A stretch of 64,000 nucleotides of DNA. Source: Curvularia clavata. Its lineage: Eukaryota. Positions 13,207 to 24,586 of this stretch are shown here, one piece after another; within the stretch, counting starts at the first letter, position 1, and each line of letters begins with the position of its first letter. The translations under genes were made by a program, and so were the position numbers. The stretch is from positions 2,108,001-2,172,000 of the forward strand of contig CP089274.1 of NCBI GenBank assembly GCA_023920165.1. The letters are read 5' to 3'. The notes under the pieces were generated by a model. The model saw nothing but the letters and a program-made list of their open reading frames with translations. It was not told the DNA's origin and did not search any database.

Positions 13207-14403
13207 TCACTGATATCCCCGTCCACTCGGTGCCTTTACACTTCCACTTGAGAAAGTCGCCTTGTACTTGCTATCCATGGCTTTTGTCCTCTGCTTACTC
13301 AAAATACCCGTACGGTCAGTCGTCGGCTGGGCAGCCATGAAGCTGTCGAACTCATCGTCTTCAGCGTCTCCTTCGGTTTGCTCGCTATCAACATCTTCCT
13401 CCGGGGCTCCATTCTTGGGTGGCGGTTCAGTCATGGGTATACGTTGAGGTGCCTTCTTGGTATCCTCGTCTTCGTCCTCGGCGTCTTTCCGTGTAGGATT
13501 GGCAAAGGGTTTAGAAGCAAGGACACGGCGCCTTAATTCTGCCATTTCTTCTTCGTCATCTGAAGATTCTGGGATGTTATAAGGATTCCTGGGGTCAATC
13601 TTGTCCTCTTCTTCCTCGTCTTCGCCACTCTCTCCGCCCTCATCATCCTCGTCGTCTTCATCCGACTCATCAATAACACGCCTGTTCATATTGCCACCAG
13701 CCCATTCATCTTCCTCGAGGCCTTCCTCCTTTTCAGTCCTGCTTGTGTTGTACTCGCGCTCAATCTTCTCCAACCACACCTCCTCGGCCTTCTTAATCTG
13801 TTCCTCATTTTCGCATGCGAGGTAGCGTTTCAATAATGCGGCATTAATGTCTAGGAACGCTTGGCCGTACGAGAAAGTTGACAGGATGGATTCAGCCCAT
13901 TCGGGGTGACCGCAGATGTAAAAGCATGCCGCCAGTGCTTCGACACAGTTCAGTCGCCATGGCCGACCGTAATTGGTGGGATTCGCCGCGACCAAGTATG
14001 GCAGCAAACGTTCACACTTGCCACCTATCCTTCCAAAAGGCACCTCATCTATCCTGTTCCAACTGGCTTCGACAACTGCAGCGCCGTACTGTTCCAGCAA
14101 TTCCTTGTCTTCGCGACTGATAATCTTCTTTGCCTTTGGGCTCACAACCACGCCTGCAAACTTCTGCCCCACATGCAACTCGCGCATCATGCCCAAGCGC
14201 ATAAGCCTCTTTCCTGAACATCTTTTGGCATCGCAATGCCCGAGATCCCAACATGCGGCTTTGAATTCAGGCTTCGCAGGTCTTGGGTTGGCGGCGTCAT
14301 TTTCGTCTTCGTCTGAATTGCGGCGTGGGCGAGGGGCAGGACGGGCTTTGGCGGGGTTCTTGAACTTGTTGTTGCCTTTGAAGTCTTTTTTATGACGAAC
14401 CAT
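13207..14403 (-). CDS. TSR3: 18S rRNA aminocarboxypropyltransferase
   Basis: Starts MVRHKKD. Motifs ACWDLGHCDAKRCSGKRL and RLLPYLVAANPTNYGRPWRLNCVEALAA, long acidic C-terminus, intronless. Confidence 0.95.
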   Translation of the reverse strand: MVRHKKDFKGNNKFKNPAKARPAPRPRRNSDEDENDAANPRPAKPEFKAACWDLGHCDAKRCSGKRLMRLGMMRELHVGQKFAGVVVSPKAKKIISREDKELLEQYGAAVVEASWNRIDEVPFGRIGGKCERLLPYLVAANPTNYGRPWRLNCVEALAACFYICGHPEWAESILSTFSYGQAFLDINAALLKRYLACENEEQIKKAEEVWLEKIEREYNTSRTEKEEGLEEDEWAGGNMNRRVIDESDEDDEDDEGGESGEDEEEEDKIDPRNPYNIPESSDDEEEMAELRRRVLASKPFANPTRKDAEDEDEDTKKAPQRIPMTEPPPKNGAPEEDVDSEQTEGDAEDDEFDSFMAAQPTTDRTGILSKQRTKAMDSKYKATFSSGSVKAPSGRGYQ

Positions 14404-14704
14404 CTTGGCTTGTTGGTGTGTTTGCGACTGAAGTAGAGTGGCGAGTCCGAAATGTGCGTGAATGAGTCGACAAGATCGGAGGGGCAAGGATGGGGAATAA
14501 CTTTGTAATCGATAAGCGGCGCTAGCGTGGTGACGTCGTGTGCATTTGTTGATGATCTACTGAGCACCACTCCACTGAGAATAAAATAGAGTATTATAAG
14601 CTGAACAACCGTTTTCTCAGAGCAATTCAAATTCCATTGCACACCGTAAATGCTTGGGTTAGTGCCCTCCGCAAAATAGCAACGCATCTTTCCTATCATA
14701 GTGG

Positions 14705-17022
14705 CTATGGAACCCCAAGACTCGGAATCTCCCCCATTTCGTTTTTCTGCTGCCCACCAATGGAGTAGGAAGCCTTCCACCTCATTTTCACGCTGTTGCC
14801 GGAGCCTCTTTGGACATTATTCACGCGAATGTTCTGGGTGATACCAAATTTCTGGTTGGGTGCGAGATTGACGCCGGATTGCGGTTCCAGCTGCAGTTGG
14901 GCACCCTAAAATTCGTTAGCAAAATGTGTTGGATCTACATTGACAAGTTGAATACTACCTTTGAGGCAGCCACCTGGAATTTCAAGCCGGAAACAGGCAA
15001 GGAAGTATTGTTAGATATCCGTGATTGGATTAGCAGAACCGTGTCTGTTTCTCTTGAGATGTTGAAAAGAACATTGATACTTGTGTTGTTGACTGTTAAT
15101 TCCTTGGATGTGTCGGGTACAGAAGAGGCAAAATTCCACTCGTCATCGTCATTAGCGGCGTTTGTGGCTTGCGCGGGCGGTGCAGTGGCACCACCACTTA
15201 GCAAATCGACAGCACCAGAAGAAGCTGGAGCTGGAGGCTTGACAGATTGCTGGTACTGGAAGGGTGACGCCTGCCGAGGAGTAGAAGTCAGTGCAGCAAA
15301 AGGGTCTGGCGTGCGAGCTGGTTGCGGCGGAGGCGTTGAAAAAGTAGATGGAGGTGGTGATGCTACTTGGGGTTGACTCGGCTTCGGTCCTGCGTTGAAG
15401 AGATCGGTTATGGCTTGGTTGGATGCCCTTTGCGGAGCTTGTGAGTGTGGCACAGGCATACCCGACAAGCCGAGAACTGAGATATGTCAGTGAGACGATT
15501 GGAATATAAAGATAGATCGCTTACCTGAGCCGTTGGATCCGCCCAGGGCTATACTGCCAGACTGTCCATATGTCTCTCCGCTCAACGATAAGCCCAAAAG
15601 ATCATCCTCGAGTGTATTTCCTGAAGCTGGCGGTTGCTGTTGAGCCTGGGACGGCCCTCCTGCTTGTGGTGTAGGCTCCGGGTCTCCGAAATCGATCAAA
15701 TTCAATGTGTTGTTCGGGCCTTGAGACACACCAGCACCACTGCGACCAAGCGTTCCCTGGGGAATGTTGTTTGCAGCCTCTATATCGCCCTTCTTGAAAA
15801 GCTTGTATCGCTCAATTGTTCTGTGTATACTGTCGTTGATCTCGAATAGCTTTGCCACGGCCTCGTGATCCTCGGAGTCCTCCTCGCACATTTTCTGAAT
15901 CTTTGGTTGCGCGTTTTGAAGGGCGTTCGCCAGCTCCTATCTCAGGTTTAGCTAAATGAAGTACTCCTTACAATGGTATGACTGCAAACATACCTCGAAA
16001 ACATCGCCTTCTTTGATCTGGTCACCTGGCTTGTAGCCTTGCAACATCTCCTCAAGAATTCTGGCCTTTTGTTGTATTTTGCCCACCTCTTCAGCAGCCT
16101 TTGCGCGCCAGTCCGTCTTGTTTCGAGTGTCGTATCCGGCCATAACTTTCATGAGCTTGTTTGCTTCTTGCAGGTCTGCAGGACCACCGCGACGAATCAA
16201 TTCTTGCAATTTTGCGGATTGTGCCTCGCGCTCTTCTTCGGCCATTTCTTCTGCTGACCGGAGGTTCTGCTTGCTGTCAGCGACCCAGTACTGTGACCAA
16301 CCATTTATATACGTACATCGCTCGGGTTCAGCACTGCTGCATCTTCTTTGCGAATTTCCGGGAAAATGTATCCTTTGTAACTCAGTAGCCTATGCATATC
16401 TCTTATGAAGCCCAAGTCGTCCTTGTAGCGCGATGTCTGGCATATTGTTTGCCGCCATTCTTCTATCAGTTCCAGAATCTTGTTCTGTACTCGTGAAGCG
16501 TGAATCGGTGGGCGTTCAGGAAATCGGCGTACGAGCTCGTTGAGAAATTCCTTGGTGCTGATTTGTAGGTGGAAAGGATAGCCGCAGTTCTTGACACATA
16601 TGTCGAGGAGCTATTGAGTGGTGAGCTATGCAGTGTGCAAGGCGGGGCAGAGTGGGCATACGTTAAGCGCGAGGAGGGCGACGTTCTGATTGCGATGGTT
16701 GACATAGTGTACGATTGTCACGGCTGCTTCTCGAGGCCTGCAAGGTAATTAGACTTCTGTATGTATGTGCAGTGGTGAGGTGGCCTAATCCTACGCGGTG
16801 CCTTTCTTGCTGTTGATCAGGTCGGTGATTTCGAGATTCAGGGCCAGGTTGGGCTCGAAGTTTTGCGGATCACATGCTTGCACTGTAAATTTTGTATGAG
16901 CATGGTGCAAACAGGCGCTGTCTGTTTTGCCTACATATGTAGCGCTGCAATGGGGAACTGGGCGCTTCTCCGTATATGCCGTAGCGATCGCGGGCTGCCA
17001 TGCGCGCAGACGCTGCCTCCAT
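14705..17022 (-). CDS. GGA2: GGA-family clathrin adaptor (VHS-GAT-GAE domains), about 8 exons
   Basis: Spliced pieces MEAASARMAARDR..., ACDPQNFEPNLALNLEITDLINSKKG, LLDICVKNCGYPFHLQISTKEFLNELVRRFPERPP (VHS), AQSAKLQELIRRGGPADLQEANKLMK (GAT), LQLEPQSG...MRWKASYSIGG...EIPSLGVP* (GAE). Seven GT-AG introns. Confidence 0.93.
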
Positions 17023-17391
17023 TGCGCCGCAGGGCAACTTCAAACACGAGACGTCGGATCAATGGCGACGGGCAGTTCAGAGACTCGGGTAGGTTCGAAC
17101 GCGTTTGTCGTATCTGGCGGAATCGATACTGTGTATTCAGAGATTTGGTGGGGACAAGGACAGCAGCAGCTCCACGGCATGTAGACAACGGCCTTGGCGC
17201 CACGGCTACGTAATGCGCTTGCATCTCACATGTGGCTTGGAGTTCGACGCCTGCTTATGTACGCATGTGCACAGCTTCAAGAGAGGCAGAATAGCTTGTA
17301 TTGGGTCAACTTCTTGCCCTCCATCTCAAATATTACACAATTCTTCAGCCATTCAGCATTGGGGCTATCCCCATGTTTTCTCGGCTGTTCT

Positions 17392-17967
17392 CTAGCCGAT
17401 CATCCAATAATCCTTGATCAGGTAGGCAGCATATCCGGAGAGTCCAGCCAACACTGCCTGAGTCCCAATAAAACCAATCAGCCTTCCAGTGCCCATGCCA
17501 TTCTTGATCATCAAACCAAGCTCAACATGTCCGACTCGAAAAGCAAAGAGGGCACCGAGGGCATAGTTGATGTAGGACCTAAAGCCGTAATTAGACTCAA
17601 GATGATCACGCATTAGCCTTGCATTGGCATTAATTACCTGTTGGCTCCGTTGAGCTCTGCGAGGAGCGCGACACTAAGAATCAATGGCACGTTTTCGGTA
17701 AAGTTGGCCTGCGCACGCGAACACACGAAGAGAGGGTCTGCCGTTTGTTTAGAATCGCTCGACTTATCGCCCAGGGCACTGTCACTGGCATTAGTTCACC
17801 AGCATCATTATTTGCCGTTAAAGCTCTACCTACGTCTTTGTGCCGAATCGCTTAGCGACGATGCGTTGCTGAAGGAAGAGATAGTATATAGCAAAGGGAG
17901 CTGCCCAGGTAGCAGTCGCAGGAGCAAGCAGCGGCATTGGCACGCCGAGACCGACTTTGGTAGCCAT
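17392..17967 (-). CDS. MAPEG-family membrane protein (glutathione-metabolism superfamily, YecN-like), 153 aa; exons 17967-17834, 17778-17638, 17578-17392
   Basis: Spliced protein MATKVGLGVPMPLLAPATATWAAPFAIYYLFLQQRIVAKRFGTKT...SRAQANFTENVPLILSVALLAELNGANRSYINYALGALFAFRVGHVELGL. RAxxNFxENVP and RxxH are MAPEG hallmarks. Intron phases are consistent. Confidence 0.87.
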
Positions 17968-18464
17968 ATCTGATACAGGAGCGGATATATAATTGACCAT
18001 CAAATAGACGTGCGAGACGGACTTTATAGGACTGTGGGGTGTAAAAGTGGAGAGGAAATAGTAGGTCCGAAATACATTCCTTTCGGGCTTATGTCGTCAT
18101 GCGGGCATTTAGCGCATGAAAACAAAAAGTAAATATACCAGTTCAGAATAGGAGTTATTGGATCTGATTACGGCTGTATGCCAAGAACAGATTGCTATAC
18201 GAAGATTACAGTATAGTACAAAGGAGTAGTTATAGCATATGATACTAATACTAAAAGGCTGGTTGGTGATTGTTTTGATACAAATACAAAATCTGGAAAC
18301 AAGTCAGATTTTCATCCACGATCATGCACAAGCTACTTACCAAGTATTCATCCCCGAAGGGACATAACCTTTTTGTGTACAGTAATGATTGAGCCAAAAA
18401 ACTGCCACGATGGACCGGCATGTCTCATTTTCTATCGGCTCTAAAGTTTGAATCAGATTCCATT

Positions 18465-18884
18465 TCACAGCTTAAACGATTTAGCACCCACAGGCTTCAT
18501 ATGCTCAGCATCATTTTCTTTGTTGTCTTCGCGTACTTCCTTGAGCATCTTGTCGATGCCTCGTTCATTCAATGCTCTCTGTTCATTATGTCAGATGTAG
18601 CGCTAGTTATCGTGGTTCAGGTACGGACAGAAAGGCACTTCTCGTACTGCTCAAAGATTGGTTTGCAGTCATCAGTTGTGGCAGTGCCGCGTAGGAATTC
18701 TGCGCAAATGTTAGCAAGAGCTGCTGTCTAGTTGCAGTGATGCATGACGCACTCTCGCTGTACCACTTCAAGAAGCAATTGTCGTAGCGTCTATTGAACG
18801 TCAGTGGGCTGATGACAGCATCACCGCAGGAGACGATGCTCACTCTTTCACTTGATTGCATTCCGGTGCTAATGAGGCAGACAT
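18465..18884 (-). CDS. MDM35: Mitochondrial intermembrane twin-CX9C lipid-transfer cofactor Mdm35 (TRIAP1 family), 87 aa; exons 18884-18844, 18790-18753, 18699-18629, 18578-18465
   Basis: Spliced MSASLAPECNQVKERYDNCFLKWYSEKFLRGTATTDDCKPIFEQYEKCLSRALNERGIDKML..., with two CX9C motifs and three phase-consistent introns. Confidence 0.94.
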
Positions 18885-19137
18885 TTCGACTGTATACTAG
18901 TGGGGTGGATGGCCAGGTCAGTTAGGCGCAGGGTCGGGTGGTGAAGGGCGCGGCTACTGCCTATCGATAAGGAAAAAGCGCGCTAAGACGGAAATCATTG
19001 AAGGTTTCTTTCTCCAAACTATTTGCGACACGCGCACCCTTTCCACGCCAACCCATCGCGCCACGTCAAAGTGAGCTGCCACCCGAGCCCGCGCCATTGA
19101 GAGTCTACCAGGAGAATGAGCGCGCACTGAAAACGCC

Positions 19138-21621
19138 ATGGACTCTTTCAAAACACTGCAGACAGAGATCTCGGCTGCCCTCAAACCGACCACCCGGTCT
19201 GCCGCTGCCATAGGAAAGGCAGACATACCTTTCCAACGATCGCTCAATCCTGAGGCTGGCACTCAACTGGACGCCCAAAATGCGCGCCTCCTTCATCTCG
19301 CGCAACGCCTTCTCCAGAATGCTGCTGCGAGCTCGGACGCTGTAGGTCCTAAGCTACCCGACGTCGACGCCATAGACGCCAATTGGAGGGGGGTTGTTGA
19401 TGTCATCGACAGCTTGCTTGAGAAGGCCGATACCAGTCTGGATGAATACACTGGTGTAGTCAAGCGCTTGAGCCCGGCTAGCGAACAGGTACGATATCCA
19501 AAGATGCATACCTCGAGCAAGGCCCACCGTCTAATTCATATACAGGCAGCCGTGAAGCCCCGCCCCAACATCGCCGACAAGAAGATAATCCCAAAGCCGC
19601 AGCTCCAATTTGAGCATGTGCCTACCAATGACGAGACTGGCGGCTTCCGCCCACTCGTCACTTCCAAGCCACACGCAAAGATTCCCCTAGAAGATTGTTT
19701 GAAAACATTCAAGGACAAGCGGGGACGGGAACAGTATGGTAAATCTGCCCTGTTGGACGTACACGCTAATCTCTTGTACAGATACCCGCATCCCTATCAG
19801 ACCGAGATTGAGGAGTACGAGTACCCAGCGGACGTCTACGAATATGCTGAACCACAACAATACAAACCTTTTGAGTCCACTACTGCAACTTTCGTCGACA
19901 CACCTGAGGCGCTAGCCACTATGCTGTCCGAACTGAAGACAGCGAAGGAAATCGCTGTAGATCTTGAACACCACGACAATCGCTCATACATTGGCATGGT
20001 TTCATTGATGCAAATCAGCACTCGCGACAAGGATTGGATAGTGGACACGCTGAAGCCCTGGCGACGGAAGCTGGAATGCTTGAATGAAGTTTTTGCCGAC
20101 CCTGGAATTCTGAAGGTTCTACATGGCGCATACATGGATATTATCTGGCTCCAGCGGGATCTCGGGCTCTATATTGTCGGCCTCTTCGACACGTACCACG
20201 CTGCCCGGGCGCTTGGATATCCGGGCGCTAGTTTGTCCTACTTGCTGCAGAGACACGTCAACTTTACAGCCCAAAAGCAGTACCAGCTTGCAGATTGGCG
20301 AGTAAGGCCGCTCAGTCCGGAGCTGTTTGAATATGCACGCGCGGATACTCATTTCCTTCTCTACGTATACGACAACATGCGTAACGAGCTGGTCGAAAAA
20401 TCTGACTTCTCCAATCCCGAGAAAAACAAAATCCAGGATGTACTGGAGAAATCCAAGGAGACGGCATTGCAGCGGTATGAACATCCGGTATACGACAGCG
20501 AGACGGGACTGGGATCTAATGGCTGGTATAAACTTATCTCGCGAACTACGGTTCAATTCACTCGAGAGCAGTTTGCCGTCTTCCGAGCGGTACACAGGTG
20601 GAGAGACGATCTCAGCCGGAAGGAGGATGAAAGCCCGCTTTTCATCATGCCAAATCATGCTGTATTTTCAGTTGCTCGTGCGATGCCAGAAGACAAGGCC
20701 GCTCTATTCAACGCCATACAACATGTGTCTCACATTATCCGGGCCCATGCGGACGAGCTTGTCCGTGTGATCGTAGAGGCGAAGGAGCAAGGTCTAAACG
20801 GACCAGAGCTGCATTCAACACTTCAAACAGTTCATGACATGTTAAAAGCGGAAAGGCCCGAGTCATCTACTGCAACTGAAACAGTGAAAAACACCATAGA
20901 CCCCGTGTCTCACACCCTCCCACTTACCCGACATATTCATACTTCCGCGGCCCGGGCTCCAGGCTCAGAGTTTTGGGGCAAGTTATTGAAGCAAAATCAG
21001 GCCTCGCAACAGAAGCAAGAACTTCCTGCACTCGACATCGACCTCGCGCTTCCGCTCCCATCTCTCACAGCACAGATTTTTGCCGACGCAAACGGACCCG
21101 CTGCAGCTACGCCAGAGGCAGAGAAACCCAAGCATACTTTTGTACCAAAGGAAGAGAGACTAGCAGAAGACACAAGAACTGACACGTTTGTCGTGAAGCA
21201 CCTGGGTGGAGGAAAGAAGCGAAAGCGAGGTGACGCACAAGAGGAGCAAGCACCTTCTACACAGCAACTCGACCCAATGATCAAAGATGAAATCATGCTT
21301 GATGCACCCGAAGAAAGCCCAGAATTCACACAAGCCCGTGAGAAGGCTGCCAGAAAAGCTGCTCGGAAACAAAAGAAGAAGGAAGAGGCAGCCGCCCAAG
21401 CCGCAGCACGCAATGGGAACGAAGCCGCTTTTGACTATGCAAACGCCAAATCGGTGCTGCACGCCGAAGACGAAGATGCCAAGACAAGGAAGAAGGATAA
21501 GAAGGATAAGAAGAAGAAGAACGGAGGCTTCACTGCGTTTGCTGGCATGACGGATGCGCCCAAGGGGTTGCCCAGAGCTCAAAAGGAGGTTGCGGGACGG
21601 AGTAAAACATTCAAATCCTAA
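19138..21621 (+). CDS. RRP6: Nuclear exosome 3'-5' exoribonuclease (PMC2NT, DEDDy exonuclease, HRDC); probable introns 19489-19545 and 19734-19781
   Basis: EIAVDLEHH (Exo I), LMQISTR, HGAYMDIIWLQRD, KQYQLADWRVRPL...YARADTH, HRDC WRDDLSRKEDESP, basic C-terminus. Confidence 0.96.
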   Translation: MDSFKTLQTEISAALKPTTRSAAAIGKADIPFQRSLNPEAGTQLDAQNARLLHLAQRLLQNAAASSDAVGPKLPDVDAIDANWRGVVDVIDSLLEKADTSLDEYTGVVKRLSPASEQVRYPKMHTSSKAHRLIHIQAAVKPRPNIADKKIIPKPQLQFEHVPTNDETGGFRPLVTSKPHAKIPLEDCLKTFKDKRGREQYGKSALLDVHANLLYRYPHPYQTEIEEYEYPADVYEYAEPQQYKPFESTTATFVDTPEALATMLSELKTAKEIAVDLEHHDNRSYIGMVSLMQISTRDKDWIVDTLKPWRRKLECLNEVFADPGILKVLHGAYMDIIWLQRDLGLYIVGLFDTYHAARALGYPGASLSYLLQRHVNFTAQKQYQLADWRVRPLSPELFEYARADTHFLLYVYDNMRNELVEKSDFSNPEKNKIQDVLEKSKETALQRYEHPVYDSETGLGSNGWYKLISRTTVQFTREQFAVFRAVHRWRDDLSRKEDESPLFIMPNHAVFSVARAMPEDKAALFNAIQHVSHIIRAHADELVRVIVEAKEQGLNGPELHSTLQTVHDMLKAERPESSTATETVKNTIDPVSHTLPLTRHIHTSAARAPGSEFWGKLLKQNQASQQKQELPALDIDLALPLPSLTAQIFADANGPAAATPEAEKPKHTFVPKEERLAEDTRTDTFVVKHLGGGKKRKRGDAQEEQAPSTQQLDPMIKDEIMLDAPEESPEFTQAREKAARKAARKQKKKEEAAAQAAARNGNEAAFDYANAKSVLHAEDEDAKTRKKDKKDKKKKNGGFTAFAGMTDAPKGLPRAQKEVAGRSKTFKS

Positions 21622-21998
21622 GACCTCGGTGCAATTGTAGCATGCTTATACAGCCTTCTTGTTTTTCTCTTTCTGTCTCTTTAAAGCGGCATATCTTGCG
21701 TTCCTTGTGTTTTCCTGTACATATACCTACACAATAGATACTACCGAGACCCCATCCTAATATTCTGGGTCTCCAGAGCAAAATTAACAGTAACACCAAC
21801 AATAGACTCAGTGCGGACATCCCCCAATGTTGAGTCTTTATTCATCGCTCCTGATTTCCCACTCCTCTTGTCTTTTTTGTTGTAATCACCATTGTCATGT
21901 GTCTCTCAAAATTGCGAAAGAAAACGTTTACATGGACTACCTGTAGTGGTAACGTGACTGCTTTTAGTGATAATATGTACCCAAACACACACATGCCT

Positions 21999-23165
21999 TC
22001 AAACCTCCTTGCCATCCAAAACTCGATAAAAGACGCCAAAGTTTCCCTTTCCATCTTTGCCGCCCTCACCACTACCACTCTTCACGTTGTCCAGTACCGC
22101 GAATACAACTTCCTCCCACCAGCCCCCTTGAAACTCTGGCTCGTCGAACACCTCTGCGAAGCAGTTGGCGACCTCGTGGGGCGGGTTAGCGAAGACACCG
22201 CAACCCAGGGCGCCCAAGACGAGCTTGGTGTGTTTATTTTGCGCAGCTAGACGAAGTACAAGGCGGATCTTGCGTTTTGTAGTAGCCCTCGCACCGGGGT
22301 GTTTGAACGTCCTGTTATTGTTGTCATCGACGTCGTCTGAAAGCGAGGGTTTGCGTAGAGCCGCAACACTGACAACAGACACTGCTGGAAGAGTTGACGG
22401 GGAGTCTAGTTGTGTTGTGGGGAAAAGGGAGTGTCCGTTGGCCATTGAGGAGCGGATGAGCAAGACGTTGGGGGTGTAGATTGCAGAGAGGGATGGTATA
22501 GGGTAGAACGATGGATCCAGAGAGAGATACAGGGAAGAGCGATAGCAGAGACATTCTTCTTGGGCGAGGGCACCCTTTTGCCAACCGCCGCCTGGGGAGC
22601 GTTCGGAGGCTAGATTCAGGACTATGACGGAGTGTCCTGAGGTTTGTTTGGGTTCCCGGTCCGTTGTAGATAATTTATTGAGGCCAAGATCTTCATCTTT
22701 TTCAGGTGCTTTGTCATGCTTAGTGTCCTCTGGGGGTGTGTTGCCCAGATGCCTGTGCACATCATGATGAGGATCCAGTTGAATGGCTGCGTCAAAAGAG
22801 TCCATGTCTAAGACCCTTATACGTGCTCTTTTCTGAAAACCAGGACAGTCAGCAGGTGAGAGAGGGTTCGTGTCTTCAAGATTGATGAGTGAAGACTCAA
22901 ACGCGTCGAATTCAGGAATATCAGCTAGTATCTCTGGAAGAACAGCTTTGGTCTCATCTGCAACCTTTTTTAGATCCGCATTGCGTCGGTTATTGGGACC
23001 TCGATGTTTGCTACCCTGGCCATGTCTATTGCGAGCGTCTGGATCAGGACGGCGGTGGTAAGGTTGGCCTGGGCGCGAGTTTTCTTGTCGTGAGTTTTCT
23101 GGTCTTGAAGGATGTTGAGATGGCCTTGATGGCTTCAAGAAGCGGAGGATGGACGACTGCTCCAT
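21999..23165 (-). CDS. Microbial (bacterial-type) PARG macrodomain protein, TIGR02452/DUF2263 family
   Basis: VLNLASERSPGGGWQKGALAQEECLCYRSSL carries the GGG-X6-QEE PARG catalytic loop; LVLGALGCGVFANPP is the second macrodomain loop. Confidence 0.88.
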   Translation of the reverse strand: MEQSSILRFLKPSRPSQHPSRPENSRQENSRPGQPYHRRPDPDARNRHGQGSKHRGPNNRRNADLKKVADETKAVLPEILADIPEFDAFESSLINLEDTNPLSPADCPGFQKRARIRVLDMDSFDAAIQLDPHHDVHRHLGNTPPEDTKHDKAPEKDEDLGLNKLSTTDREPKQTSGHSVIVLNLASERSPGGGWQKGALAQEECLCYRSSLYLSLDPSFYPIPSLSAIYTPNVLLIRSSMANGHSLFPTTQLDSPSTLPAVSVVSVAALRKPSLSDDVDDNNNRTFKHPGARATTKRKIRLVLRLAAQNKHTKLVLGALGCGVFANPPHEVANCFAEVFDEPEFQGGWWEEVVFAVLDNVKSGSGEGGKDGKGNFGVFYRVLDGKEV

Positions 23166-23707
23166 GATGATGACCAGATGAAGCTAGAAAGAAAAGCACG
23201 AGTAAAATCAAGAGATCTAATTTAGAAGCTCTCCAGATATATCGTGCACAATGCCAGACTGGAGACTGATTGCAAGGGCCAGAGAGAGAAAGTGAGGTGT
23301 CATGAGAATAGTCGCGTTCTACAATCAGGCAACCGGCAGCTGAGGCAGCCGCGATACAAGCTAGTCCGCTTACGGCGGAGATCCATGAGCTGGCGAAAAT
23401 GAGTGAGTACAATGTCCAGGACGCAAACACTCGCAAACGTCAAGAGACTGCCAGGCTGTCAACTAGACGTCAGGCTCTCGATGCGCATTCCATGGCCATG
23501 CAGTGGTTCGACGCAAGACAAGGGTTCCCTCAGCCCTACAGCGGGGCTCGTGCGTGCGCCCCACATTCGCGTAGCCAACAGCCATCAAGTGGGAATTGAG
23601 ACTCGCCCTTCTCTCTCCTAACAATAACAAAAACAACGCCAACACCAATACTTTTGTAATATCTACCGACAGTATCCATGTAACTCTGGCACTATTATAC
23701 CGGCGAA

Positions 23708-24586
23708 ATGCCCACACACCTGGCGCACCCATCCCCCAAGCGCAAACGCGACCAGCCTGCGCCTATCCCATTGCTCAACACCGCTCTGGCCCTGCGCCCA
23801 GCATCCGAACTACCACTACACAACCGTTCGGCGCCTTTATCTGGAGGTGACAGCCCCCGAAATGCTGTCGCCGATCAGCTGCGCGGCATGACCCTAACTG
23901 CGCTGGCGGCGATACCACTGTCCCCGCTTACCCCCACCGACGATGTCCTACACAAGAAGCCGAAGCTCGATGCCATGAGAGTCGACAGTGTCGTGGGACC
24001 AACAACAGCATCCTCACCCGAGACGCCTAACAAATATAGCAGCAACAATACTTTCGACAATGTGACGGGCACGCCCATCTCTGAGACCTCTAGGGTAATA
24101 CCAGAGACCCCTCAGTCATCACAACCCCACTTGTTGCCAGATATTGCCTCTTTCGCTCAACCGACTGCTTTTGCCTCGCCACCTACAAGCAACGTCGCGC
24201 ATCCATATACATTCCCAAACCACTCCCCGGCGCATGCTCGTCCGAAAAAGAGGTCCTCGACACCCCCACCGTCGACCCTTACATGGCAGGATAATGAGAT
24301 CACGGGACACCTTGTTGACCCTGCAACTGACCCAGACGATGATGGCACTGGCATCAACGGTGTAGGGTTCAAACCTACACCAGCCATGGCCTATGCGCGG
24401 TCACAGAAGCGAAGACAACAACTAAATGAATGGAGGTTGAGGGAAGCTCGAGAGGCGAGAGCCAAGCGTAGTGAAAGGCGCCTCAGGGGCATTAGGGGCC
24501 CGTCATCGAGGGAAGGCACAGTTGAGCGCGAAGTAATGCCCATGAAGAAAATGGAGACTAGACGGACAGTCAAGTTTGCCATATGA
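23708..24586 (+). CDS. Hypothetical protein, 292 aa, Pro/Ser-rich with a basic C-terminal helix (probably nuclear)
   Basis: Long intact ORF starting at ATG, with NLS-like PSPKRKR and a structured-looking C-terminal segment LTWQDNEITGHLVDPATDPDDDGTGINGVGFKPTPAMAYARSQKRRQQLNEWR. Confidence 0.8.
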   Translation: MPTHLAHPSPKRKRDQPAPIPLLNTALALRPASELPLHNRSAPLSGGDSPRNAVADQLRGMTLTALAAIPLSPLTPTDDVLHKKPKLDAMRVDSVVGPTTASSPETPNKYSSNNTFDNVTGTPISETSRVIPETPQSSQPHLLPDIASFAQPTAFASPPTSNVAHPYTFPNHSPAHARPKKRSSTPPPSTLTWQDNEITGHLVDPATDPDDDGTGINGVGFKPTPAMAYARSQKRRQQLNEWRLREAREARAKRSERRLRGIRGPSSREGTVEREVMPMKKMETRRTVKFAI

